From NCBI GenBank assembly GCA_030141605.1, contig JAQGDQ010000106.1:1-64000 (forward strand): a stretch of 64,000 nucleotides of DNA, written 5' to 3'. Under the pieces are notes generated by a model. The model made no database searches. It had not been told where the DNA came from and saw nothing but the letters and a program-made list of their open reading frames with translations. Source of the DNA: Tubiluchus corallicola. Taxonomy: Eukaryota; Animalia; Priapulida. How positions within the stretch are numbered: position 1 is the stretch's first letter; every line of letters begins with the position of its first letter. This document shows, piece after piece, positions 28,075 to 42,232 of this stretch. Both the position numbers and the translations under genes were made by a program.

Positions 28075-31000
28075 TAGGATCTATCTAATGTAGATACTTG
28101 AAGAGGAACAGCATTCTAGCTCATTTTCAAGAATAATCCTTCGAAATAAGATCGTAAACTTATAGGTAATTTTTAGCTCATTCGGGTTGCTACACATACT
28201 TCTTTAAAGAAGTAAATAACCTCAACTAATGTGACAAAACTCCTAGCAGATAAAACCATCCGGATGTAGTAACCCATCCGTTTATTGTCGGGTCCGATGT
28301 TTCTTAACTCGGTAGCAAAACACGCACTGGGACCATTAAGCTATTCCCCGTGCTCTTTATTTTAACAGAGCTATTTATGAAAATACACACATCACTATTT
28401 GGTAAGCACAAGCAAACACATCATCAATGTAAGAATTGGAACTGACCTTGCTTATACGTTATGCTACTTGACTCTAAAATTGCCAATAAATCGATAACTC
28501 TATGTTGTCCGTACGTACATGTAGGGTGGGTATTGTGAGTCAGTTTAAACAGCAGCTGCTACCAAAGGTGTTAGCAGAAAAAGTGTTAACTTTGTTGCTT
28601 AGTCATCAGTTATTATTTAGCCTGTCTGACACCGACGTTTTTAAAATTGTTAATCTTATACGCTTTCTTAAAAGAACGTGAAAAATTTAATATTATTTCA
28701 TTTCCTCGCGATAGTCAACTCGTCCCCTGTGATAATATCACTTTCGCTCATGATATGTAGGTATAACTATAATCATCTAATTTTGTCAGTGCAGTTGTCT
28801 AGGAACAATGCAACTTCTAGGAACAAGAAATGTTTTGGAGTAAATAGACATTTGAGGGAACGAAATAAAACCTCAAAGAAACATGATAATAACTTGAGAG
28901 AATGAAGCACATGTACTATCTTATGTGAACGAGTTATTACTTGTATTAAGGAATTAGTCGATGATATTCTGTCTCCTTGAAAAGAAAAATCATCTTGAGG
29001 AAGCTATAGATAATATCTTAAAAGAACGGAATATGATATTACTTTGAGAAAAAACTGGACATTATCTTTAAGGACAAGATAGGCCTACTTTGTTGACTAA
29101 ACTATATCAGTAATTGTATCGGCGACATATTAAACGGGGCTTAAAATATGATCTGTAAGAGTTTTTTATCATATGATAAATTTATAAATCTGTCAATCAG
29201 CTTACTCAAAATAATAAAAGAGCGATTTTGTACATTTATGCAGATAATGCCTTGAACTGAAATAAAAAGTTATTTATTTGTTTACTTGCGCTATTTTCCT
29301 TTTTGGTCGCTATGTGACATGCTTCAACTTCTAGTTCAAATGTAAGACAAAATTCCACAACCTTTCTACGAAGTTATGTCACATGCACGACTATAATGAA
29401 ACAAATTAAAAACTATTGCTTGTTATAAATTCATAAATTGAAAATGTCGCTTTACGCGCCGGTGATATTAACAATGGCGTATGATTTGCAAAAAACTACA
29501 GTTTTATGTGGTTTCAACTTTAGTCGTAGCATGTTCAGTGTCCACGCCCTTCAGTTAATTACTTCGAAGTCGTAGCGTCTAATATTTATTGTGATTGCAA
29601 ACTTAAAACAAAGGTCTAACATTATAGTATCATTGCTAATTACGAACAGTACGTACATCTACCAAACTTGCTTACGTTACACCCTACACTCATTTTGTTT
29701 TCGAGAAATACATCAAACAAGTAACCGTATGGACAAATGAATACACGAACAAACGAATGCCATTGGAGATCGTATGGAGAACCTGACTATGTACTTGGTT
29801 TTACTTGGTTTGCAATTGTATCCACGACATTTCCAACATTAAAAATTTATTACGGGCAGAAAATCTCAATTTAAATTCTTGAGACTGGAAATGCTAGTGA
29901 TCGTGTTTACTTGAATGTCTATACTTCTTACCTTGGTATTGCACACCAAGTGAAACGAAAAAAAAAACGTAAGCCAAACGTAAAACTATTTACTTGGTAC
30001 TAACACACTGCAGATCAGAATTATGAATCAGCTTTATAAATTCATAAAGGCTATAAATTGCGTTTTGAAAGATTATTTGTAAATTAGCTATTTACCGAAT
30101 AATGTATCAAATGTTCTGCAGAAATGCTTCATATCGCGGTCTTTACACAAACGAAAGCTAAATAATGAAAAATGTTATTAGTTGTCAAAGCAAAGCTCTG
30201 TTTGAGTGATTTTAGTAGTGTTCAAATAGCTTCTCATGATAATTCTGGAGGTGTCTTTATGATAATACTGTGTACAATAGTATACAAATAAAAAATGAAA
30301 TGTCTAGTTTGACGGCAATAGTAAGTTTATGGTTCAGATGAATTGTCCTAACCCGGAGTGTCCATAGACACAATGTTGTCCGAAAAAACTAGGCGTTATT
30401 TGACTTTTATTATATACGACAAAAATATTATTAAACAAACCGTTGTTGTTTTTACTTGAGCTTGAATTTCGCATTCGGCATTCCAAAGGAAGGCACATTC
30501 ACTGATCACGTGATATAGTTTTGACGAATCAGTTTCAGAATAATTTACAAACGCGTGTGTACTAAGTTCGGAAGTATGCGAAATTCGGAAGCTCAGCAAC
30601 ACTGCACACACACACCATCTATATTGGTCGCCTAACTACATTAACGTGGCAAAAATCGCAAGCGTGTCGATTGGTTATGAATTTATGTAGGGCAATAGTA
30701 GTTAACTATTTCAGAATCGCGTGTTATGTGTTTCGCTGAATGTAACCATAGACATCTTTGTAGCTTTAAACAGATATTCTCGGTAGTCCTAATCAGCATC
30801 GTCTTTTCAACTGCGCATTCTAATTACTAATTATTATTCAATACAGTTTTTGTAGATATGGTAGGCAGCAAAAACTTCGCTGATTATCAAGAAAAAACTT
30901 CTAGCTGAGACTATAAACCAGAAGTAATTGTCCTGCTGGTCACCAATAGAGTTTTACCAGGCCAGGTATTTCTTAAGTTAACAGCCAAGTACACCATGTC

Positions 31001-31576
31001 ATTCAGCTATTTTTTCATCCTTTATGCTGCTCGTTATATATGTCAGACCGCTTACGTGTTGATAAAGTTTTAGTAGTATGTGGATATTTATTAATACGTT
31101 TTATTACCATTACTATAGATCATTTCTGGTGGGCAGCATGAGCCGTAAATGCTTTTTGGTCCCCAAAATTGTTAATATAAGTTATTTTTTATATCTCAGA
31201 AGAGCACTATCTTGTTTTTTTATTTTTGTAGTTAAGCATTTGAACTACAAATTTTCTACAAATCTTTGTTTCTGTCTATGTATCAATTGTTTTAATAATT
31301 TAAATGATTCTTTTAATTTGACTTTGATTTGATTTTCGTTTTGTCATGTAAGGAATTTAATTAATTAATCAATTCGTTAAAAGCATCTTTACAAAAACAG
31401 CTTCTAGTTTCTTGTTTCGTTCCAAGTAACCTTGCAGAACTTTTATTGAACTTATAAAGCGGCTTAGGCTGCTCACATTTTTCATGCGCTATACAAGCAA
31501 TGTTTTCTATTTTTTCATCTTGTACCATCATCTGGCCACCCTACCACTTCAAAAGTGCCTTAAAAATTACGAAAAT

Positions 31577-31869
31577 CATGGGCCGGATTATTCTAGTATA
31601 GGCTGCAGCCTAGGGGCCCTCAAGCCTGGCCTGATAAAAGATTTTCAAATACATTTTTTTAAATGAGTATAATACTTTTCATAAGAGTACATCTTACGAA
31701 TATTTTTATTGCCAAATAAATGATTGCTATTCTACTTTGTTTAAAGAGTATGTAAAATATATCACAAGTAAAATATTTAAGACGCGTACGGGAGAGTTAA
31801 AGGGTGGCCCTGTTTGAGGGGGCATAATTTCATTAACCTAGGGGCTCAAACGGTCATAATCCGGCCATA
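31577..31869. mobile_element. Degenerate hAT-type MITE related to 48034-48527
   Basis: Termini GGCCGGATTA / TAATCCGGCC; GGCTGCAGCCTAGGGGCC is present in reverse orientation in the 48-kb copy. Confidence 0.62.
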
Positions 31870-33560
31870 TCTGTTACACTAAGTTAGGGCTCTTAATTAT
31901 TTTACAAGATGTTGTTTATAAGTTAATGATAACAGATTTTTTAAATGCGCGAAATTGATATGTAATTGTATAGTGCAGAAGTTGTTGAAAAAACGATTAC
32001 AACTTGCACTCTATTGTTCGACTATACAATAAAATAATACCACTTTTTTCCAATTTCCACTGTTCTACAAGAAATCTTCAGATTCCGCGATAGGCTCAAC
32101 CATTTTAACGGTAGGACAATTGAAACAAGTTTAGATAACATTGTATAAAGTTTAAAACAAATAATTGGAGCATTCATACTTAGCACATGCAAAAGCTTAA
32201 ATTACTTTATATTGCCAATAAGATCAATAATGTGCTATTTGGTGAATCAGTGGTGCACCGTGAGATGGTGATACAGTGCCGTTTTACTAGGTGGCACGAA
32301 CATTTTAAATTAATAAGAATTCTTTTATCCATTTACAAAAGTGTTTCAAACAGGCATAAATTGTATGGAAAGCTTTTTGGGATATACCTAAAAATTCTCT
32401 TTGCGTAGCTAATCAGCAAACAATTGCTGATAAAAGGTAAAAAACGTTTTAACGTATCACGCAAGATGTTTCATTAAAGTGTCAGATCTGAGAGCTTTAA
32501 TCTTTGATTAATTTCTGTACACATGGGCTCTAGTGTCATTTATTTATTATTTGTGCATGTTTTTTAAATTTCTACCATTTTAATTAATTTTAAACACAAT
32601 AATATAAAAATTGCAAAGCACATAGAATTTCATTGGGTGAGCTACAATTGCAAACTGTTTAGTTTATATACTATATTCTACGAATGCGCAAGGTTGTACT
32701 GATGGCTTCAATATTGATCTTATACGGGAAGGTTGGTACTTTAGGAAAGCAAAGTTAACTTGTTATTCGTCGTTCAAAGTCAACACTAATTTACCACCGT
32801 GCTTCATTAAGTTTCAGGGTTTTATTGTGGAGCGTCCAGTTAAGCCCTGAAAACTAGTGAAGCATTGTACCTACTGTATTTAATTTGACGTACGTATTGT
32901 TCGTCCATAAATCACGGCACCCCAAACAGGAACATTATAGGAATCAGACGTATTCATAATTTCTGATTGGCCTGTAAGCACAGTAATTATTATTAACAGT
33001 TCAAGAAAATGCTGTTCCAGTAGGTAAATGTTGTAGCAGGTGTCTGTACGAATGATTACGCAATTAGACTCAGATTAATGAATTAAATTCACTGCTTAAA
33101 ACATCTGCAAAATTACACAAAAAATTGTATGTGGATTCTTTGACGTAGCCATTTTATTTCTTCATCATCTTTTTACTACTGAATTAGTTTGTGTGCGGTC
33201 ACATCAAAGTTACATTCACTTCTCTTATGTTGAAGCAGCTATGTTCTGTTTTTTTTCAATACTTTCATGTAGCACTGCATCAACTGCTCCAGCAATTTGT
33301 AATTCAAGAATTAAAATATCTTTAATTTGTACGCGAAATCACAGTAAGTTTTGCTACATGGAATCTGAACAGAAATTAACAAGCTACGCATTTCGTTTTT
33401 GTGGGGGTGGGAGGGAAACGAAATTTGGATGGTCAGCTAAACGATCACCATTGTCCTTGTCATTCCAGCCGCATTCATGCACCTTGATCACCGTCACTAG
33501 CAGCGTGGCCATCGTCATTACCACTATCATCGTAATTAGCGCTATTATCGTCATCATGTG

Positions 33561-33870
<310 letters not shown>

Positions 33871-36608
33871 AGCCTTTTACTAATACTCATTCTAAACTTT
33901 GCAAAGTTTATGTATGTCTGTGGTGTCTTTCACAAATGGCAGTTTTGAGGCTCATATGAAACTTAGGCAGATACATCTCTTCGCAAACGCCGATTAAGCC
34001 CTAAAATGTTAAGTTTTCGAATTTGAATGAGGGAGCTATTAGGATAAAAAAATTCTACAAATAAATTATTTTTTATGTTTCAAATAACGAAAATTTAGCA
34101 AAATAATCGTGATTCGCTATTTGGAAAAGGAATACGGATAATAAATTACATTTCGTAGATTAGTTTTTTGTTCGCTTTTAACGAATAGCTGACTGATGTC
34201 CATACCCTCTGTGTGTTTTGTCCCTAGATGTGAACATCTTCCCCCTTTCCAAACAGAGTAAAAAAATGCCCCACTCCGACGTATTCCCATAGCACTACAC
34301 TAGTGGTACCAAGTAAAATTGATTCAGCTAGTTATTAAATTACGTCATTACATTATTGGTTAAAATTTTTGTTTTTACATTATGCTTTTCGGTGGTGTTA
34401 CAATGTGCGTTAAACATCGAATCGCTGCATTATGTGTTTTGCGCGTCTCATATTATGCGTTAGTTTTTTTTATTAAATTATTGGTTTTTATTACATTATG
34501 CATTGATTTTGATTACATTATACGTTAACTTTTTTCTGTATCACAAGAATGTGCGCCTATTATTAGGCCTACATTATCAGTTGTAACGAGACCTATTAAC
34601 TCAGTAAACTTCAAGTTCTGCCGTAACAACCGTGTTACCATAACAACCCTATTGTCAACAAATTGTAAGAAACACCTAGATAGGTCGCTATAAGAAATTC
34701 GCAAGGCTGGTAGTGGAAGACTGAAGCAAGGAGGTAGGATGGGCAGCATAAGTCGAGGCTTGCGTGCCTTGCTTTTGGAGAGACAGGATGACGCGCATTA
34801 ACATTCGGCCTCATACTTGAATAAAATAAAAATAAGTAAAATAAATTATATTCTCAGAAAATCCAGATCATGTAAATCTTTGTCGTCTACCTACTTCAAG
34901 GTAAGTAAATTCACATTCAAACTGAAATCGTTTACAGCTTCTCTACAATTATATAAGAAACATATTAGATTACAAGGGAGTCACTGATAATATCAATTTT
35001 AATATTTCTAAATCTACATGTAACTGATGTAGGGAGAAGGGGAGGCACCCGCGTTGTTTGCTTCCTTCTTTTATGTTCTAAGAATTAATGGTACTCTAGC
35101 TTCTGTTCGTTTAATAATTTTTGCTCACGACGCCAGTCCTGCAAGCGGTGCTGATACTAGTATATCATACATAACGTTGTGCCATCAGATTCTTTTTACA
35201 GGAAGGCCATGCATAATTATGTTATTGGTATCTCATTAATATTTGCGAGTTTAACTTTTCAGCACTATCACGTGTATCAATAAAGGTCTTTAAATTAGTA
35301 TGTTGCGTATGCAGCTACTTAATTAGTGATTCAGTCTTTGAAGTTTCTATACTCGTTCATAATAATATTAAAGATCAAATAGGTTTAAATGCAATACGTT
35401 AAAGGGTGAAAATTCTGCACTGCGCCTGAATAATTTTGGCTATGTTTTTTCATAGTTTCGACAAAAAGGCTAAAATGGCCTCCTAGCCCAAATTAAGCAA
35501 AACCTAGTAAATAGGTAAACTATACAGAAACTCTACCTAGAAGCTAGAACCCAGATTTGCATTGTCGTGGCATCTAGCGAGGAAGATGTTAAATAAAACA
35601 GTTCGCTTAAAGCGGCTGCTTTAGTCACACATCCCGCATGCAAATTGAAACTTTTGACCCTTTTATAAAATTTTACCTTATTACAGAAGTACAGATGCTT
35701 AAATTTTGTAAATTTCGATTGGCATTACAGATTTAAACGCCACTCTGCGCAGGCGCATTTAAATCTATGATTGGCACACTTTTCTGCAACACAATGTAGA
35801 TCTTCGGTGTTTTGAAGTCTAATAATTAGGTAATGGTGGTAGTATAACAGCAATTACTGTGTTGAGTAAAACACCATTATTTAGATAAAAACTCTTACAT
35901 CAAGTTATTTTTGAAACAGCAGAATAGTTCTGCAAAGATATTTAAAGCAGATCTTACTTAAACGCTTAAAATAACCGATTATCCTCAGTTAATCTTTAAC
36001 CTAATGATTGCTATAAAGGTGATTAATTAAATTAGATCATAATAAGGTCTAATCTGGCATGTAGTGCGTATAAATCAGTAACATATATTTATGATTATAA
36101 CCAAAACCTCGGCAGATCCTAACTCGTGTTTTTTTTAAATTGGCACTAAAAATAATAACCATTTCATGAAATGTCGATGGGATTTTCACAATTCATTGAA
36201 ATCATTGTAATTGACTCTCTTCATGTAATTCGGAAAATTACAAAATAAATTATAAAACACTGCAAAAAATAAAATCAAGTAATGTAACAGGATTAAGTTT
36301 GGTAGCACCATCTAACAAGTCTGTACATTGTAGGTTCAACAAATATATATTTAGCTCGTGGTGTTCAGTCTATGTTTGGTCATTGTACGTGTTTAACAAA
36401 CTTTTCAGAATTTAGACCGTGTTGCCTACTCGTCCAGCTTTTCAATGACTCAATCGTCTACTAGTCATCAATCGTTTATTGTCAGGTGCTGCCACCTATA
36501 ATCAAAAGAACAGCGTTTCGAGGAGCAGAGTAGCCATTTCGTTAGATGAGTAGCACTGTGTACTTATATAAGATTAAATCACATTTACTAAATTTTCTTG
36601 GTCAGTAG

Positions 36609-36658
36609 ATGGAGGATTCGAATAGTGAACCACCAAGATGTCCATGTGGATTTTGGGG
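36609..36658 (+). CDS. ZFAND3: ZFAND3-like coding exon 1 ([17 protein letters not shown])
   Basis: ATG at 36609; donor GG|GTAAG at 36659. Confidence 0.9.
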
Positions 36659-39600
36659 GTAAGAATGTTTTTATCATAAATTGTCAGGAAAAGCAGAAAA
36701 TCTTATGTTTTTGAACGTCATGTATAGCAGAAGTTGTTGATTCACTGTCGTTTTCATTACCCGTTGTTGTGTGGAAATGGCCCTGACATAATTTTCGCTT
36801 CCACTGCTTGAGTATTTCGGTAGATATAATCGAATGTTTTAATTCCTATTACAAAAGCAAAGTTGCAATTAAATTTTAGGCTGGGTTACTGAAACTCACA
36901 TATAACTTCATCATAATCGCGAATTGATTTGAAAGCAAGCAACGTTATATTGAAAGGCACAATAGTCCAATTTTTCTTTGTATCAATATAATGACAGTTT
37001 ATTTTCGTGCGTGTGACAATTACTGCTCTGATACGTAGTAATAGAGAACATGCCTCAACTCTCAGTAAGGCTATGCCTAATGCATAATACTAGTAAATGG
37101 TGTGTATATCTAATAAACGTATCTAATCATTGTGTAGCAATTTCTTTATTACTTCTTTTAATTTTTATTAAATATTTCCAACATAAAATTAGTTGTTTAT
37201 AAATTGGCTTTAATTCAATGTCCTGAAAAGAGAGGGTAAAACCGTTGTTATAAAGGAACTTAGTTAAGGGAATGAAATTCCTGGAAACAGTGTAATGAAC
37301 TACAAACTTGAATCAGTTACTTATCATAGAGAAACTTGGAACTAAAATTAGTTCCTTTTCCAAGTTCCCTGCAAGGTTCATTTTCACAAATTCTTGCATT
37401 TTTGTCCTAACTCTGTTTGGGTCAGGTGGCCCACCAAAAAAACAGAATACTGTTGTTGTCAGGACGGAGAATATTTAAAAGATGCCATATATTTTAGACA
37501 GTTTACCACACATTTTATTCTGTGCATAAATACAATGGACAGAAAGCAATGTAGTGAAAGTGAATTAAATTAAATTCGTTTTGGTCAAAAGTTATATAGA
37601 TAATCTGTATTCTGTGAGCATCCTGTAAGAGCACGACAACTGAGAAAATAGTTCTTAGAAATAGAATTCTTCATTTTCCATACTACAGTGTAGGCAGTAG
37701 TGTTATGTTTTAGCCTATATTTCAGTTTACCATATGTAATCAGTTAAGTTTCTTGTTGAAAACGTTTAAGAAACTGTAGGTTTAAAAAGTCAGTTTAGAG
37801 ATAAATTCCCATATTTTGTCGTGGTATGAATATCATCACTGTTGTTTGTTAGCTCAAATCATAGTCAAATAAAACAAAGTAAAATTTAAATTCAATTTTG
37901 CCATAAAGCTGATTGTTGTTTGTTGACTGTGCTATACTGAGGAAGTACTGTGTCCACAATCATGTGAAATAGTTTTCATATAATTTATGCCTTAAATTTT
38001 TAGCTTATGTTGTCTTTTCAATTTTTACTACAATAAAAATGTTAATTTTATTTCTTCCTACTGTTGGCAGCCATTTATGTAACATTCTGCTTTGTACATG
38101 CTGCTTTTTTGTTCAGCTTTTAAATTATTTCAATAAAATAACTATATTTTTTTTTTATTTTAGATCAAGTGCTACAGGAAACCTTTGCTCCAAATGTTAT
38201 GCCGGTAATTTTACTCTCTTTCAATCCACGTCTGTTCATCTTTTGTTTCCAGCACTGATTGAGCTAGCAACTGTGAAGCAAGCTCATATGCATTGAGGTC
38301 AGGCTGTTCAACTATCACATGACTGCTTAGAAAACTGGCTTCATCTGGCTTCGTTGGTCTGTCTTTCTGTGTATCAGGGCTGGGGTGTTCTTAAAACGCA
38401 CAAAAAGCACATGTACAGCTGCACTTCCAGTTTAAATTACAAACTGACTGTGTAAAGAAGAACAAAAAACCTTGAATACTTTCTCGTTTTCTTTTTGTTA
38501 AAACAATGTTTAGAAAGTTAATTATATTATTATGACTGTAGTGGTTACACTTCTTGTTACGAAGTATAAGTTTACTTTTTATTACAACCAAAAGGTTGAA
38601 TTACAGCACAGTATAAAACACAACATGAAAAGGTTTTTGGTCTAATTAATTTCATGAGTTTTTAGGTCGCACCTTGCATAAAATTGCACATGTATCAAAA
38701 TTTACAAAGTGTTGATCTTGTACAACAACATTGCTCTGACTTTAAGATCAATTTGTAATATGTGTGCTTGCTTAGCAGAATCATCCATGGGTCAGCAATT
38801 AACCTTTTCTAGCTATGCACATATCCTGAATCTCCATTTTGCAAAGATCATTTTGATACCAAGCTCATTGCTCTATGTTATTTCTAAGCTAAGATAATCC
38901 ACCTTGAAGTTGAGGTGCGTGCTACACACTGAAAAGCAATCTTGAGAAAATTGCTGTTAAAGTTTGTTGTTCTTGTCGGACTTTGCAAGAACACATTAAA
39001 GTTATGTTTATGTCCAGTAGATGGCTCTTCCTGACGAAGACATGGTCTTGTCAGCAGAAAAAAAACAGAAGCAAAATGACTGATTCCACGAGCTACTATC
39101 AGAGTTTGAAAACACAAGTTTTTTACAACTGCAGTTCTAGTTTCTATTCAGAGAAGTGGGGTTATAAAATTAAATTTTTAGTATTTTTGGACATTTTCTT
39201 GATAATTTGATGCTAGAATATAAAAGTCCAATATATTTACCATTTGCTTTTATAAAAAAAAATTGCATTTGACCAAATTTTTGGTGCATTCTTTGCTTTG
39301 AAGCATCATAACTTGGCGTTAACTATGCCGACGGTTTTGTTTTGCAAGCACACATATAATGTGATTTTTATTTTTATTATTACGACGACACCAACCAACA
39401 GTAAAATATAACAAAATATGATATGATATACATAGGATTTTATAATTACAATAATATTTTAATAAAATGGACATGGCACGATATCTATATAAATTGTTGC
39501 TTGCATTATGACATTGCTTGTGCGACTATAATGCAATTAGTGATGCATGTGTTAGGGTGTAAAAAGTAAAGAAACTATGGAATGAAAAGATGGGAATTAG

Positions 39601-42232
39601 TAGGGTTAGGTTTGCAAAATGATGTGAATGAGAACGAATATGAGGTGCTATTTAGGACAACGCAAAAATGTTTATACAATTGTTTACAGAAGTACAGTGT
39701 GGGCCAGTCTGTCACGCACTGTGAATATGAACAGATACTATAAATGTTTAATATAAATCTAAGAATGAAGTTTTCAAGCTTTTTTGAATCTTGGTATTGA
39801 CCAAATTGACGTAATATTAGCAGGTTCTTCGTTCCACTTGACAGGACCAACAAATGAAATGAAATATTTCGCAACATTAGTCCTTACCCTGGACAACTTT
39901 ATACTTGTTTGGAATTTTTTCATCAATAAGTTTTTTTGCGGCCATATGAGTTGTTAACTTTTAGACGCTATGTAACTCTTGTGGTTTTAATCTGCTTTTA
40001 TTTAACATAAATTCAATGATGGACTTGACTTGTAATATGTACAGGACTTGCAAGTGTGAAAACTGTGTAATGCAATAAATCTTTGCTTTATCTGTTGATG
40101 CCACAACACAGTACATTCAGCATTATTTAGCACTTTAAATTTGTAGTCTTTGTAAGATTCCATGTATTAGAAGTAATTCTGTCATAAATCAATGAACGTG
40201 ATAACAGCTTCAGATGTGAGCCATTTGATAAATCTCAAATTTAGTACAATGGTTTAATTTTATTTTTAGCCAACTCGACGCTTTTACACATCAACCACAA
40301 ATTCACAAAAGTTTGTCTCCTTTTTGGAGCTTTTAATGCTTGAATACCTGAAATTTGTTAGAATCCCGTTCTTTGAAACACTGTCTTGTGAACTACACAA
40401 TTTGAAACGTTGTTGAAATTATGTAAACAATGATTGTCTGTTACTGATTTTTTATTTATCATTCTCCTGCACTTAATGTTTGAGTTAATATTATAGATTT
40501 GTGTATTCATAGTCTATGAGCAAATTTTATATAAAAAAACTTTGTATTGATGAAAACAACCAAACTTGCATATCACAAATGACCTTGAGTTAATTACTCA
40601 GTTTAGATATTTTTGTAATAAAAATTTGTTATTTGTACAGCGCATTACATCGGAGATCTCGCTGTGCTCTACAGTTAAAAAGTTAGAATTCACAATTACA
40701 TATGCAGTCATTATGAAAATAATTATTCCTAAAATCACAAAAGTGTATTAATTGTAAATGGCGATTTTTACTTAATTTCGTGTAGATCAGGAAAAGAAAC
40801 AGGACGACAAACGTGACAGTACTCCCACCAGTCTACGAACTGCTGACGTAGTATCAAAATGTGTAGCCGAAGCAGCTGCAGCCTCATCAGGTGTGTTGAC
40901 ATTGCTTTTCTTCTAACATTCTGATTGAATTGGAACTTGTGCAGAATTATTTTTGCTTTATCATATCATTGCAACTTGTCTAAATAAAAGTGAACATTAA
41001 TAGAAGTTCTTTGTGCAAAACTTCTTAATTTCTTTAAAAAAACAAGACAAAAACGGAAGCTCCCAATTTTGGTATGTGTACTTCGGCCTTTAACCTTATC
41101 TTCCTCGACTGTAATGTCAAAAGCAAAGTCGCAAAGTTTTTTGCTTTGAACACTAAACGTGGGAACAGTATTGGTCTTAATCTTGCATTTTTTATTACAG
41201 TACAACATCATTATAGTGAACCTGCTACGGACTCAGAACACGGTACTATTATGAACTGTATCATAGAGGTGGCAAAGTACTTTTAGCACATGCGTAGCGT
41301 CAACTGCGTACTTTATATGTACGGTTTGCTATAGTGGTGTTATACTGTCATTTTCTTTGTAATTAGTGTTAGAAAATGGAATACACATGCATACTCACTG
41401 TATGTTGGTTATATGTAATTGAGTTTCCTACTGCAAGTCCAAAAATGCAGGGTAGGTTAGTCAAAATGTTAACTGATACCATTGTCTTGCTGTGAGAATC
41501 GTCTTGATTCTTTAGGGGCTGATAATGATAAAGACGAAGACTCTTCTGCCAAGGAAACCGAGTCACTGAAGTCTGACGAATCACAGCAGAGTACATCCAG
41601 CAGTTGTACGCCAGAACAAAGCCGGAGTGCTCCACTTGATACTAGCGACCTCTTAGACCCCGATCGACCCGTACAAAAAAATAAAAAGAAATGCTTTAAG
41701 TGTAAAGCAAAGTTAGAACTAGCTTTACGTGAGTTAGGAAGGTGCAAGTGTGGTAAGTTGCTAATTCTCCTTTTTTATTCCACATGTCAAAGACACAAAC
41801 AACAATGTATCTTTAAGGTTCTTGAAATAAATGTGTAGAAACTGACAATTTCATAATGCTCATCAACATCTAGGCATTGCAGGTCCAAGTGCTTGTCTTT
41901 ACAGAATATTCTTAATTCTCACTTATTTTTCCTGCAAAATATGCCTTATTCCTGCAGCTGATCATGTTACAGAGTATGCCTAAATGTTCTAAGTGTTTGT
42001 TGTAACAGAGTTGCCTAACACATAATATGTTGAAGTGCTAACAAGTATTTCCTGTGACAAAGCATATAAATTTCTTGTTGCAGAATATGTATTTTGTACC
42101 CTACATCGGTTACCCGAGCAACATGACTGCATCTACGATCACAAAGAAGGTGGCAGGAGATTGGCTAGAGAAAAAATGGTCCTCCCCTCACGACCTATAG
42201 GACGTTCTGTGCAAGGCTTGGATCCAAAGTAA
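36609..42232 (+). CDS. ZFAND3: AN1-type zinc finger protein 3-like (N-terminal A20-like finger, C-terminal AN1 finger), spliced gene
   Basis: Exons 36609-36658, 38164-38204, 40786-40890, 41516-41752 and 42084-42232 are all GT-AG bounded and phase-compatible (582 nt, 193 aa). N-terminus [31 protein letters not shown] resembles the ZFAND3 [16 protein letters not shown] finger. C-terminus [44 protein letters not shown] is an AN1 finger. Confidence 0.92.
38164..38204 (+). CDS. ZFAND3: ZFAND3-like coding exon 2 ([13 protein letters not shown])
   Basis: Long poly-T tract plus TAG acceptor; donor G|GTAATT; completes the A20-like finger. Confidence 0.9.
40786..40890 (+). CDS. ZFAND3: ZFAND3-like coding exon 3 ([10 protein letters not shown]...AAAASS)
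   Basis: TAG acceptor, CAG|GTGTGT donor, 105 nt phase 1-1, open frame; DQEKKQ continues the sequence after the finger. Confidence 0.8.
41516..41752 (+). CDS. ZFAND3: ZFAND3-like coding exon 4 (acidic/Ser linker and first half of AN1 finger)
   Basis: Lies within ORF 41482-41838; acceptor TTCTTTAG, donor G|GTAAGT. Confidence 0.9.
42084..42232 (+). CDS. ZFAND3: ZFAND3-like last coding exon (second half of AN1 finger to stop)
   Basis: TTGCAG acceptor; [20 protein letters not shown]; TAA ends at 42232; AATAAA near 42350 and 42727. Confidence 0.92.

Noticed and set aside
41424-41451. Another ZFAND3 micro-exon ending at GG|GTAGGT
   Set aside because: Weak acceptor, and the phase is incompatible with the flanking exons.
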